DNA of 64,000 nt, from IMG/VR virus record IMGVR_UViG_3300023174_009221, one strand, 5' to 3'. The notes under the pieces are model-generated. The model did not search any database, was not told the origin of the DNA, and worked only from the letters and a program-made list of their open reading frames with translations. Positions 39,785 to 50,500 of the stretch are shown in pieces (positions within the stretch are counted from its first letter, which is position 1; each line of letters begins with the position of its first letter). The stretch comes from a virus. Made by a program: the position numbers and the translations under genes.

Positions 39785-40507
39785 TTATTTTTCTATTATT
39801 TGCAATATTTCTGATAATTTCATATCTAAAATTCTAGTGAAATCTTCAGGTCTGATCCTATATTTTTCTCCGGTTTTTTGACAAGACCAATCCACAATTG
39901 AAAGATGGTGTCGGTTGACATCTAAGATAGTTCTTGAAATGATTGTCATTAACACCTTTTCTTTATTTTCAATTAAGTCAATTTTTCGTATATCAGAACT
40001 TTTGACAATATTTGGCTCTTCGTTAGATAAAATTTGACCAAGTGAGACTTCTCGTAATTCTTCAGCAGTCAATTTTCTAAAATTCCATTGATTGAACTTA
40101 AGTTTTCGTTTTAAACCAACAAATTTGATATTATATTCAAAATAAGTCTGTGTTCCAGAAAATGCCTTTCTGCTAATTTCTTTTTTCTCTAACTTTTCAA
40201 TTTTATACATTGAATCTCGAGCCATGGTTTTGTAATTATCAGATAAACAAACAAGTATATCTCCTTCTTTACAATCTTCAAACTTTACAAACCGGTCAAC
40301 CTCTTTAATAGGGGATTGATAATTTATTTTAGCAATCGGTGCACCGGTAGCATCGGTAAAGCTATCTACTGAAAATCTACCACCCCCTATTAATTTAACT
40401 TTTGCCTCAATCCATCTTTGATTATTTCCGTTATTCCATAAACTTTGAACTTCATATCGATGTCCTTTAATCAATCTTTTATTTGAAACTTTTGAAATTA
40501 CTATCAT
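39785..40507 (-). CDS. Hypothetical protein
   Basis: 240-aa ORF tightly packed in the operon. Confidence 0.7.
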   Translation of the reverse strand: MIVISKVSNKRLIKGHRYEVQSLWNNGNNQRWIEAKVKLIGGGRFSVDSFTDATGAPIAKINYQSPIKEVDRFVKFEDCKEGDILVCLSDNYKTMARDSMYKIEKLEKKEISRKAFSGTQTYFEYNIKFVGLKRKLKFNQWNFRKLTAEELREVSLGQILSNEEPNIVKSSDIRKIDLIENKEKVLMTIISRTILDVNRHHLSIVDWSCQKTGEKYRIRPEDFTRILDMKLSEILQIIEK

Positions 40508-40508
40508 T

Positions 40509-40904
40509 TTAATCTAAATTTATTTTAAGGTTTTCTTTATTAGCTAATTTATTATAGGACGATGGGTGGCTTTTGACACCATTTTGCATCCAATCTTGAA
40601 AGTCTAAATTTTCAATGTAATCCTGAGCAGTTGGTATAAATCTCATACTAAAATCTTCAAGTAGGTGTTGTTCACATATATCTTTGACCGAAACTTCGAC
40701 ACCATCTGAGTTTTTAATAGTGTATCCAAAAATCGGTATCATAGCTTCGTGAATCCAAAAGGAGTGATGTGTTAAAGCGCGGTGCCTATTATCAGAAATA
40801 TATGCCTTAGAACAATCCATTTTTATATGGATTGAAAGATAGTCATCTATTTGACCGCCAAACTTTTTGACTGATGATTTTGCGTGTATAAATGCGTTTG
40901 CCAT
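40509..40904 (-). CDS. DUF6915-like His-rich protein
   Basis: HAKSSVKKFGG...YLSIH..MD.SK...DNRHRALTHH...EQHLLED. Confidence 0.75.
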   Translation of the reverse strand: MANAFIHAKSSVKKFGGQIDDYLSIHIKMDCSKAYISDNRHRALTHHSFWIHEAMIPIFGYTIKNSDGVEVSVKDICEQHLLEDFSMRFIPTAQDYIENLDFQDWMQNGVKSHPSSYNKLANKENLKINLD

Positions 40905-40906
40905 AA

Positions 40907-41530
40907 TTAAAAAGTAATCATATTTTTGGTTTGTTTGTCGTCTTTTATAAATTCATCAATAATCTGTTGGTCAATAAAGTTGACTTGTCTAAAAGTGTCT
41001 CCGTAGTATCCATCAACTTCATAGTTGTGTATTACAAAATCAGATAGTTCATTTTTTTCTAAATCATCTGTTTCTTGTGATAATTGCTTATGAATCGAAG
41101 AAGTAGTTTTTTTAGTAAGCAGTTTACATCTTTCAACTCTTTCAAGAAGAGGCGCATAGACTGAAATATTTTTATCCATTTTTTCATACCAGCCAGTTTC
41201 AAATAATACCGAAGAATGAAATATACAATAAACAGAACCCCTGTTTTTTTCAAGAAACTTTTCCCAGGTTTTAAATATCTCAAATTGGACAATATCTAAT
41301 ACTTGACCAAACACACCATCAGTTTTAACTTTTTCTAAAATTAGACATCCGTTGTTGAAATATTTTTGACCAATTGCATCTGAAATCACCGATTGTAGTT
41401 GATAGTTGTGTTGTAGGATAAATTTCAAAACAACATCAGCCTCAAATACAGGAATTTGTATTTGTTTGAAAATTTTTGCAATTCTGTCTTTTCCAGAATA
41501 ACGAGTGCCTGATAAACCAATTTTAATCAT
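40907..41530 (-). CDS. coaE: Dephospho-CoA kinase-like protein
   Basis: KIGLSG...SGKD, IPVFEAD, VLFETG, ISVYAP...RVER, SDFVIHN. Confidence 0.8.
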   Translation of the reverse strand: MIKIGLSGTRYSGKDRIAKIFKQIQIPVFEADVVLKFILQHNYQLQSVISDAIGQKYFNNGCLILEKVKTDGVFGQVLDIVQFEIFKTWEKFLEKNRGSVYCIFHSSVLFETGWYEKMDKNISVYAPLLERVERCKLLTKKTTSSIHKQLSQETDDLEKNELSDFVIHNYEVDGYYGDTFRQVNFIDQQIIDEFIKDDKQTKNMITF

Positions 41531-41546
41531 ATCGTATAATATTTGA

Positions 41547-41578
41547 CAAATATATACAATTTACATTCAAAAAACAAA
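41547..41578 (-). promoter_or_regulatory. Bacteroidota-type promoter (TTTG-N20-TATATTTG) for the coaE operon
   Basis: -7 element at 41547-41554, -33 at 41575-41578. Confidence 0.6.
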
Positions 41579-41593
41579 TTATATTCAAAAAAA

Positions 41594-42577
41594 ATGAACT
41601 GGACTGATAAAGAATTGACTTTTATCCTCTATAATAATAGATCTACGTCAGGAGTGGTAACTAACTTTTTGCCAGAAAAAATTAATCCATTTTCTCTAAA
41701 AAAGTTAGAAGAAAGAATCTTAGAAATAAAAAGTCAATTCAATTTTGAATCAAGAACAATAAAGGTGAATAAGTCCGAATTTAATTACGAAGCTAAGGAT
41801 ATCATTGTTTATCCAAAAGATCTGGAAAATTTATCAGAACTATTTTTAGAATTGAATAGTCAATTTTCAGAAAATGAAATGGTGTATTTGATGAAAAGGG
41901 GGTTTAGGTTTTCTAATATGTGGAGATGGAACTTATTTGGGCTTTCAAAATTGACAAATAAATCCGACTTAGATACAATTGGGGCGACAATTCATCCACT
42001 ACTTTCAAATATCTTAGAAAACTCATCTGAAGGAATTGTAATTCCCCTTTTCGACGGTAATGATAAACTTATCAACTGTGCTATCAGAAGAATTAGTATA
42101 GAAAATAATGACCAGTTAAAAACTCTAAAATATAGTTTGGCATGTCCTGATATTCACATCTGGGGATTAGATGGTGTTTTAGAAGGTGATGAAATCTGGT
42201 TAACTGAAGGAATTTTCGATACTATTGCCCTAAGTCACCTGTTTCAAAAATCGGTTTCTGTTTCTTCTCCAAACTGGTCAGCAATTCAGTTATTTCAATT
42301 AATAAAAAAGTCACCATCGAAAGTTAGCATCTTTTCAGATTGTGATAAAATTGGAATCATCAATTCTTTTATAACTAAAGAAGTTCTTAATTTATATCAC
42401 ATCAGATGTCAAGTCTATATAAGTAATTGCGCAAAAGATGCCAGTGAACATATTTTTAGTAAAGGTAGAGACTTACAAAATTTGACCAAGATTGAAGACT
42501 ATAGAGAATTTGTAAATTTAGAATGGGATGTTGATTTTGATTTAGTCAAGCACATAAAAGATAGAAAAATCGATTAA
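41594..42577 (+). CDS. DnaG-like TOPRIM-domain (primase-related) protein
   Basis: IVIPLFD, IWLTEGIFDTIAL, FSDCDKIG, KDASE; ATG at 41594 preferred over the track's TTG at 41543. Confidence 0.75.
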   Translation: MNWTDKELTFILYNNRSTSGVVTNFLPEKINPFSLKKLEERILEIKSQFNFESRTIKVNKSEFNYEAKDIIVYPKDLENLSELFLELNSQFSENEMVYLMKRGFRFSNMWRWNLFGLSKLTNKSDLDTIGATIHPLLSNILENSSEGIVIPLFDGNDKLINCAIRRISIENNDQLKTLKYSLACPDIHIWGLDGVLEGDEIWLTEGIFDTIALSHLFQKSVSVSSPNWSAIQLFQLIKKSPSKVSIFSDCDKIGIINSFITKEVLNLYHIRCQVYISNCAKDASEHIFSKGRDLQNLTKIEDYREFVNLEWDVDFDLVKHIKDRKID

Positions 42578-42587
42578 TATATACTAC

Positions 42588-43598
42588 ATGAAATTAAGAA
42601 ATTATTCTCAATTTATTAATGAAAATGTTGAAATAACTGATGATTTATTAGAAGTTTTAATGAAAAGAGGTAAATTTTGGGATGAGATTTTTGAATTAGA
42701 TTATTCAAAATTTGACTTCACCAGGAGCTACTCTGATATGTGTAAAAGGATAAATAGAAATCCAGAACAAGATTTTCAAAAAATTCAAAAACATTTTGAT
42801 GAAAAAGGATTCACTTTAGAAGAGATTAAAGACCTTTTCTCTGAAGAAAATAATCAGAGATGTGGATACAATTTAGAAGAATTTTATAAAGGTGGTAGTT
42901 ATCCGATTAATAGAGAACCATTGAAAAGTATAGTAGAAGGTCTAAAGAAAAAATATGAATACGAAATAAAAAGGAGTCAAATTCTTCAACCATTTTCAAT
43001 TGGTTCCAAATTGGATAGTCTGGGCGCTATTCAAGACTTTTATCTTTATAAACTATTTGAAAAATTAGGACTTAATCCAAATGTTATTAGACTTGGGGGT
43101 TCGAACTGGGGTGAAATTGATGAATGGGAAAATGATGACAACTATTCAGAAGCTTTTATCAGATACAAATATGGATATCACCAAACAGAATATGGAAAAC
43201 TTTGGATGAAACAGTGCCAAATAGATGAAGAGTGGCTTAGAGAAGAAGCTATCGGTCAATTGCAAAAATATATTGAAGAAGAATTCTCATCAATTTGTGG
43301 AAATATAATACGGTCTATAGTATTTATATCTCGGGGTAAAAGCGGCACAACTGGGCCTGGTATTTTTGAGCAACTTAGATTAGAAGATTTCTCTATTGTA
43401 GAAGAAGACAGAATCATTATTAATATTCATAAATTGTGTTTAGAAATCCTTAATTTATGTGGAATTCAGGAGTTAACAGAATCTGATATAGAAATTGCCG
43501 CTGCTGAATTTACAAAAAGATTGGATGGTTTTTCTTTAGATATCGAATTAACAGATAGCAACGAGTTGATAATTTGGGGAAGATTCAAAGAGGATTAA
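42588..43598 (+). CDS. Putative internal head protein
   Basis: MKLRNYSQFINE start; TAATATATA at 42575-42583. Confidence 0.75.
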   Translation: MKLRNYSQFINENVEITDDLLEVLMKRGKFWDEIFELDYSKFDFTRSYSDMCKRINRNPEQDFQKIQKHFDEKGFTLEEIKDLFSEENNQRCGYNLEEFYKGGSYPINREPLKSIVEGLKKKYEYEIKRSQILQPFSIGSKLDSLGAIQDFYLYKLFEKLGLNPNVIRLGGSNWGEIDEWENDDNYSEAFIRYKYGYHQTEYGKLWMKQCQIDEEWLREEAIGQLQKYIEEEFSSICGNIIRSIVFISRGKSGTTGPGIFEQLRLEDFSIVEEDRIIINIHKLCLEILNLCGIQELTESDIEIAAAEFTKRLDGFSLDIELTDSNELIIWGRFKED

Positions 43599-43676
43599 AG
43601 ATAACCTTTACAATTTCAGTGTTACCTTAATAATAGCATCTATCACTCAATATATACATTAAAATAAAAATTAAAA

Positions 43677-44780
43677 ATGATAATTAATTTAAAGAGTCAG
43701 ACAGATCTTTCGGGGTTTTATGTGGTCTATGAGGGATCAACTAATTTAGAAAAGAAAGGCTGGTATGGTATAGCTCATTTGATGGAGCATTTAATGACAA
43801 AAAATTTTGACCACCTTCAAGAAGACTTTGACCGCGACGGGATCGACTGGAACGCCTATACGGATTCTAATAACATAGTTTTTTATTTAACTGGATTAGA
43901 AGAAAAAGTGTCAAAGTGGAAAAATAAATTTATGGATTTACTAAGCGGGTTTGACGTCACTAAAGAAGAATTTGAAAACGAAAGAAATATTGTACTCGAA
44001 GAATACATGGATTCTTTCAACGAGCAAACTCAATCACATATGTTAAACCTGTCACGCAAACTATTCAATGACTATGACCCTATTGGATTAAAAGAAGATT
44101 TAGAAAAGATGAAGTTTTTAGATTGCCTTAATTTCTTTGAACTTCAGTATGCAAAACCCACAAAAATTATTAATGTTTCTAAAAAAGATTATAAAAATCC
44201 GGCTTTAGATTTTGCAGAAACAACAATAGTAAAGCCACTGGTTTATGGAAATCACAATGTCCCATTAGAATTAAACAATGATTGGAAAGATAAAACTTCT
44301 ATTGTGATTCTTTCACCAGTCATCAATGAGGATTTTGCTTATGTTCATTTTATAAACGCTATGTTATCACTTGGATTAAAATCACCACTTTATCAAGAGA
44401 TAAGAGAAAAAAGGGGTCTTGTTTATTATGTTCATTGTTATCAAAGTAGAATGAATAGACAGGGTCTTAATTCAATTTCAACCCAAACATCGAATAAAAA
44501 CTTTAACGCTGTTGTGGATGCAGTCGAGGGGGTAATAAAAAACCCAAAAAAATATCTGACAAAAGACAGGTTTAACTTGGTCAGAGATTACTATACAGTT
44601 AGACAGAAAAAAGATGAAATACTTAGATACAAACAAGTAAATGATATTATCAATCCAGAAGAATGGTCCATATATAATATCTTAGATGATATCAAATTAA
44701 AAAAGGTGCTAGAAGTTTATGATAGATACTTTAACTTTGATAACTTCTATATTTCCAATGATAAGAAGGAGTTTAAATAA
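43677..44780 (+). CDS. M16 (insulinase-family) zinc peptidase
   Basis: GIAHLMEHL (HxxEH), NAYT, ERNIVLEE, LYQEIREKRGLVY. Confidence 0.93.
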   Translation: MIINLKSQTDLSGFYVVYEGSTNLEKKGWYGIAHLMEHLMTKNFDHLQEDFDRDGIDWNAYTDSNNIVFYLTGLEEKVSKWKNKFMDLLSGFDVTKEEFENERNIVLEEYMDSFNEQTQSHMLNLSRKLFNDYDPIGLKEDLEKMKFLDCLNFFELQYAKPTKIINVSKKDYKNPALDFAETTIVKPLVYGNHNVPLELNNDWKDKTSIVILSPVINEDFAYVHFINAMLSLGLKSPLYQEIREKRGLVYYVHCYQSRMNRQGLNSISTQTSNKNFNAVVDAVEGVIKNPKKYLTKDRFNLVRDYYTVRQKKDEILRYKQVNDIINPEEWSIYNILDDIKLKKVLEVYDRYFNFDNFYISNDKKEFK

Positions 44781-44811
44781 TTAATCTTTAGACTTTATTA
44801 AAAACAGTAGT

Positions 44812-46145
44812 ATGAACTACTTATCGCCTAAAGACCGATAAGTTTCGAGAGACATGCTCCTTCTTTTTAGACGCTTCATCGATTATGCCAGTTAAAACTG
44901 GTCTTATTTCATCTCCACGTCGGTAATCGTTAGTTCCTAACGATATTATTTTAATTCCTTCTTTAAGGATATTTTTACTTGCATTTAAATCTCTGTCTAA
45001 TTTAGTTTTACAAGATGGACAAGTCCATTCTCTAATATCTAATTTTAAATTTTGATTTACATATCCACAACAATTACAAGTTTTACTTGATGGAAAAAAT
45101 CTATCAACTTTAATAATTTGTTTATCATTCCAACTAGCTTTATACTCCAACATAGAAATGAATTTAGACCACGAAGCGTCACTAATATGTTTTGCTAATT
45201 TGTGGTTTTTAACCATTCCTTTGATGTTTAAATCTTCAAGAAATATAGTATCATATTTCTTTATTAATTCAGTGGATACTTTATGTAGATTATCTATTCT
45301 AGAATTGGTTATCTTCTTATGAATTTTAGATACTTTTAATTTTTGTTTATTATATCTATTACTTCCTTTAACTTTTCTACTTAAATGTTGTTGATTTTCT
45401 TTTAATTTTTTAGCATATGTTTTGGTATATCTATTATTCTTATATTTATAACCATCACTTGTTATAAGAAAATCTTTAAGTCCTAAATCAATTCCTATTT
45501 GTTTATTAGTTTTTTCAAATTTTTCATGATTTGTCTCTACTAAAATTGAAACAAAGAATTCACCAGTTGGTGTTTTAGAAAGAGTGCATTGTCTAATTTC
45601 TCCTTTAAATTTTCTATCTTGTATAATATTTATTGGATCTTTGAATTTAGGTATTATCAATTTTCCATCTACAACTTTAACAAATTGAGGAACTTTGAAA
45701 CTATTTTTGGTGTGTTTAGACTTAAATTTAGGAAATCCTGTTCTTTTCTTGAAAAAAGAATTATAAGCATCATCTAAACCTTTTAACGAATGTTGAAGTG
45801 ATTGACTATTAATTTCTTTTAACCATTTAAACTCTTCCAATTTCTTTAATTTTGTTAAAGCGGTTGAATTATCATTATAATTTAAGGTCTGTTTATTAGT
45901 TTCGTATTCAACTTTTCTTTCATTTAGAAAATAGTTATAAGCAAATCTAATAGCTCCAAAATGTTTATTAAGTAAAACAATTTGTTCTTCATTAGGTTTG
46001 ATCTTATATTTATACGACTTTAACATATTAGTATATATTAAATTCTAAAAGTCATTTTTAATACTTTTTAAACTTTTTTGAAATATTTAATTAAATAATT
46101 AACAAATTCATCACAGAAACTAAAGATTTCCGTGTTTTCTTTGTT
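44812..46145 (-). mobile_element. IS200/IS605-family tnpB-only element
   Basis: Left-end hairpin CACGGAAA-tctttag-TTTCTGTG; right-end hairpin ACTTATCG-gtctttagg-CGATAAGT followed by AGTTCAT; limits set by similarity to the copy at 62838-62990; no tnpA. Confidence 0.85.
44821..46026 (-). CDS. tnpB: RNA-guided endonuclease TnpB
   Basis: N-terminal HTH, GFPKFK, RuvC GIDLG / LEDL / DRDLNA, Zn ribbon CNCC...CPSC. Confidence 0.96.
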   Translation of the reverse strand: MLKSYKYKIKPNEEQIVLLNKHFGAIRFAYNYFLNERKVEYETNKQTLNYNDNSTALTKLKKLEEFKWLKEINSQSLQHSLKGLDDAYNSFFKKRTGFPKFKSKHTKNSFKVPQFVKVVDGKLIIPKFKDPINIIQDRKFKGEIRQCTLSKTPTGEFFVSILVETNHEKFEKTNKQIGIDLGLKDFLITSDGYKYKNNRYTKTYAKKLKENQQHLSRKVKGSNRYNKQKLKVSKIHKKITNSRIDNLHKVSTELIKKYDTIFLEDLNIKGMVKNHKLAKHISDASWSKFISMLEYKASWNDKQIIKVDRFFPSSKTCNCCGYVNQNLKLDIREWTCPSCKTKLDRDLNASKNILKEGIKIISLGTNDYRRGDEIRPVLTGIIDEASKKKEHVSRNLSVFRR

Positions 46146-46179
46146 AGAAACATATAAATATTAAAATATTTGAAAGATA

Positions 46180-46905
46180 ATGCTTATACCCTATTTAGGA
46201 CATAAAGAAAAGTTTGCTAGTTTTATAACCCCAAACATTCCAAAAGATATTTCTACATACATTGAACCATTTGCAGGAGCCATGGGTGTGTTCTTTTCTT
46301 TAGATTTTTCAAAATTTAGAGACATCAAATTTATCTATAATGATATAAATCCGTTAAATGCGAATTTATTTCGATTTCTTAAAAATGGCAGACAATTTAT
46401 TGAAATCATTAGAGGCATCAAAGTAGATAAAGAGTATTACAAAAGGTCTCTAAAGGATATTTTTACTAAAACAGACGATATGACAGCGGCAATAAATTGG
46501 CTTATTGTACTTACTTGTTCAAAGACAAATCAAATTGGTGAAGATTCATGGAGAGGTGATGATGAATTTGAAGTTTTCAAATTAAAGTGGCGAGCATATG
46601 AACCAATTATTGCAAAAATTTCCGAGATACATAATTTAGATTATAGAGAGATAGTTAATAAATATGACTCAAAAGATACTTTCTTTTATTTAGACCCACC
46701 CTATATGAACCGTGAGAATTATTATATTAATCATAACTTTGATGAAAATTCACACTACCAGCTGTCAGTCACACTAAATAATATAAGAGGTAGATTTGCT
46801 CTTTCCTATTATTACTTTGATGGGATAGAAGAACTTTATTCTAAATGTAGATTTGAACAGAAAAAGACTATAATGGGAACAGAATTGTTAATTATGAATT
46901 ATTAA
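46180..46905 (+). CDS. Dam-like (D12 class) DNA adenine methyltransferase
   Basis: YLGHK, YIEPFAGA, YNDIN, FFYLDPPY. Confidence 0.9.
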   Translation: MLIPYLGHKEKFASFITPNIPKDISTYIEPFAGAMGVFFSLDFSKFRDIKFIYNDINPLNANLFRFLKNGRQFIEIIRGIKVDKEYYKRSLKDIFTKTDDMTAAINWLIVLTCSKTNQIGEDSWRGDDEFEVFKLKWRAYEPIIAKISEIHNLDYREIVNKYDSKDTFFYLDPPYMNRENYYINHNFDENSHYQLSVTLNNIRGRFALSYYYFDGIEELYSKCRFEQKKTIMGTELLIMNY

Positions 46906-47498
46906 ATTTTTCTAAAAACAGACATACATTCTAACTCCCTTTTTTCTAGTTCAGTAAATTCTGTCAAAATTTGAAAATGTCCTAATCCCCGACTAGAATG
47001 CTCTATAATAATTGAACCCGGTTTTATTTCTGATATTATCTTTTGATACATAGACTTTAGTTGTAAATAGTTGTTAAAGGGCGAGTATGAATAAATGATA
47101 TTAAACTTAGAAAAATCAAATTCCATTATATCAAAATTAACTATTCTAAAGTTATCACCCCAAAGATGAGAAAGATTCTGTTTTATAAAGTCGATGTAAA
47201 CCGGTTGTTTTTCTACGCCTACGAATTGAAAATCAAATTCTATTTCTTTAGATTGGAGATAAATGTCATAGAGAGCATTTCCAAGTCCCAATCCACAATC
47301 ACACACGCGATTAATCTTTTTCAACAAATTTAGTTCTGAAAGCTGTTTTAATAGGTAGATATTTTGATTGATATTGCTACAAATGTTATAGTTTTCACCA
47401 CAATTTGTAAAATCGTCAACTGTTAAATTAGATTTAAATGTTGATGTGATATTAAAATACTCAATAAGGTTTGGATGTGGTTCGATTTCTATTGTCAT
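46902..47498 (-). CDS. Class I SAM-dependent methyltransferase (paralog of 16482..17090)
   Basis: VCDCGLGLG, FVGVEK, DIMEFDFS, IYSYSPF. Confidence 0.8.
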   Translation of the reverse strand: MTIEIEPHPNLIEYFNITSTFKSNLTVDDFTNCGENYNICSNINQNIYLLKQLSELNLLKKINRVCDCGLGLGNALYDIYLQSKEIEFDFQFVGVEKQPVYIDFIKQNLSHLWGDNFRIVNFDIMEFDFSKFNIIYSYSPFNNYLQLKSMYQKIISEIKPGSIIIEHSSRGLGHFQILTEFTELEKRELECMSVFRKI

Positions 47499-47571
47499 TT
47501 TTTACCAAGTGTGGTCTCTAAATTTGATAGAAACTCTTTTTTTATTTATATATAAATAAAACTTTTACCAT

Positions 47572-50500
47572 ATGCCTTTTTTTTCAGGTCTTAGCTATAG
47601 TTTAGTTGGTGATATTAAAAACTTAAAACCATTCACATCAAGCACTGTCGCTGGATTTAAACCAAACCTAAGCCTGCTAGCCGCACTTAATAAACAAATT
47701 AAGGATTCTATATCAATAAAGCCCTTACTTGTTCCCTATGGTCAATTTTTAGGATACGGAATTGATGCGAATTTAGTAGGTGTTAATTCAACCTCGATAA
47801 CTTCTACCACTGATAAACCAGTCAGTGCCAGATTAGTTAATTGGGTAGAGCCTTATTTGATATCAGGTGTCAGAAAAACTTTATTTTATACAGAAGTAAA
47901 TTCTGGGTTGAAACCCGGAATGCGAGTTTTTATTATAAATGGAAATTACGACAGTGACCTTTTGATAAAGACAGATAAATATAAAAGAGGCAGAGATGGT
48001 TACAAAGTTCTACAAGTTGACGAGTGTCGTGTTGTTTTAGATATTGATTTTACAGGAGTCGTACCTTGGATTGAGAGCAGTGATAGTGACTTTGTCAATT
48101 TATACTATATAGATTCCCAAAGCGATTTTGATACCATAAACCGCGAAATCACTACTAAAAATGATACGGTAGACTACAAATTCAACCTATATCAGAACAA
48201 TTTGATATGGACCACTAAGCAATTTGCACCAACCACAAACGGAGGTCCAAGTTGGGGAGTAAATAGCGGCATAACTCAATCTGGTTTTTGGGTAAGAGAC
48301 GACTCAAATCAATTAGGGTTTGGAACTTACTCGTGGATTGATGTAAGCTCGGCATTTTTAAGCGGTTCTTACTCGTGGGCGCTTTCTACTACTTTCTCAA
48401 CATCTACAAGATTGAAAATACACAACGGTTCATTTAATCTCCAAAACGGCTGGTCATTTCAAGAAGGATTTGTCTATAAATGGGAAATTGGACCAACTCA
48501 ATCTAGTTGGGTCCCAGATGTTAAATATTCACAGTCTATTCTTACCAAAACAAATTTCAGAGATGGTAATTTTGAAGGTACCTGGAACGCAGGTCTTTAC
48601 GGTAGAAGGGATAAAAAAATAAGTTGGAATGGACAAAAGGCTATCTGGAACACCGGAACACTTTTAAATACTAAGTGGACCTCTGGTAAAATGAATTCAA
48701 TTTACTCTCTTTCTGAAAGTTATATCACCGAATTAGATGAATTTGGAAATCCATATCAAAGAATAAATGGACCAAATAACAATGGCAGGGGGTGGAACTT
48801 TATTATCGATTCAGAAATAGAAGTTGCTGAAATTGATAACGGTTCGTTCTATAATACCGAAATTGGTAATTCAACGGTGACCTATTCTGTTGTCGAAGAT
48901 CACCTAATACAATCAGTTTCTCAATTTCCAATAACTATAAATAAGGCATATTTTGAAGAACCAAATTTTAAAAATGTCAAAGTTTCTAATTCAGAAATAA
49001 GAAGGGCTAGATCTCTCAACTCAAGTTTTGATAATGTAAAATCAATAAGTTCGATATTAAAACAAAGTGTAGTGACTAACTCTGAATGGATTAGTGATGA
49101 AACCATTAAAATATTAAATTACGATGAGTTTAACATATCAGAATGGAATGTTCTTTCATCTACTTATTCACAAAGACCAGCGGCTTCTCATAAACTCTAC
49201 AAGTTTTATATTTCAAAATTAGACTACTCTCGAATTAAAAGAGGAGATGCTATTTATTTTAAAAACATTTTAATTAACGATGGTATGAAAAATCTGACCA
49301 ACTTTTTTGATAAAAAGTTAATTTTAGGAACTAGATGGCAGTATTTTGATGACTTCTATGACCCAACAAATCCTTATTTAACGTCAACTCCGCAAATTCT
49401 GGGAGGTGGTTTAGTTCCAACATATTCGTTTTACAAAAGGGGAGTCGAAGTAACAAGTTATCTTTCTACACCAGCCGATAATAAGTGGACAATATCAACA
49501 ACAAAAGATACATTTGGAAATCATTGGACCGAGGTTGAAAAATTAAATCTTAAAAGTGGTTATTCAATTGATGTCTTTTTCTCATTTTGGGATAGAGACG
49601 ATAACTTTGTTGATGGATTAGACTTTGATGTACCAACAGTTACAACAACAGTATACGGTTCTGAAACTATGCTATTCACATATAGCGTTGGCGTTACACC
49701 ATTTTCAGAAATTGTTTCACCTTCCGGTCAGTATGATTCAAAACCGTATTATATTTTAACAAATGGGGCTACAACTAGTTATGTATTTTTTACCGCCTCT
49801 AATAACAGATGGGAAAATTGGCAATTCTTCAACCCAGTAAATGGAGACACGGCTGGTTCACCTTTTTATATGACATTAACTTATTCTGGAGTAAACATAC
49901 CAGATAGTTCAACTTTTTCTTGGCAACAGGCCAGTAGTAATGCTAAATCTATTGCTTTTTCGAATAATTACAACCCACAGATTTCAACATCACAAAGTGT
50001 TCCAAAAGTTCAGATTGACCCAAGACCAGGAGCAAAATCTTATATTTTAAATGATGACTTTGAAAGTGGAATTTTAGAAAAATCAAACTGGAATTCAGGA
50101 AATAACATCAATTTCAATGCCGATAATAACATCACAAAATACTCAAATAGTGGCGGATACTTTGATTTACAAGTCGTTACACAAAGCCAGTCAATTATAG
50201 CAACTGTTGGTCTTGATAATAATTTTAGAGAAAGCTTAGACCAATTTTTTGAAGTTGGAAATGTTATGTTTCTAAACAATATAAGTTATAATACAGAGGG
50301 TAAAATAAATCAAATTTCAATACTTTCTCAGGGGACAGGATACTCGACTTCAACTCAAAATCTATCTGGTGGACTAGGAACACAAGCTACAGTTGATATC
50401 ACAGCAAACCCAATTGGTGGAATTGAACTTGGAGACATTTCAATAACCATGGCGATTACCACTCCCGCGTTGCCCTATACTTATCCCAATGGAACATACA

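Noticed and set aside
44781-44811. TnpB guide targeting sites within the window (partial matches near 19636-19652 and 63031-63056)
   Set aside because: Matches are short, gapped or miss the guide's 5' seed in very AT-rich DNA; compatible with chance
6331-46905. Restriction-modification systems around the two DNA methyltransferases
   Set aside because: No recognisable endonuclease adjacent; orphan methyltransferases are common in large phages
47551-47558. Canonical T4 late promoter TATAAATA as the phage consensus
   Set aside because: Here it overlaps a TTATATATA variant, and it is not the motif that recurs before most structural genes
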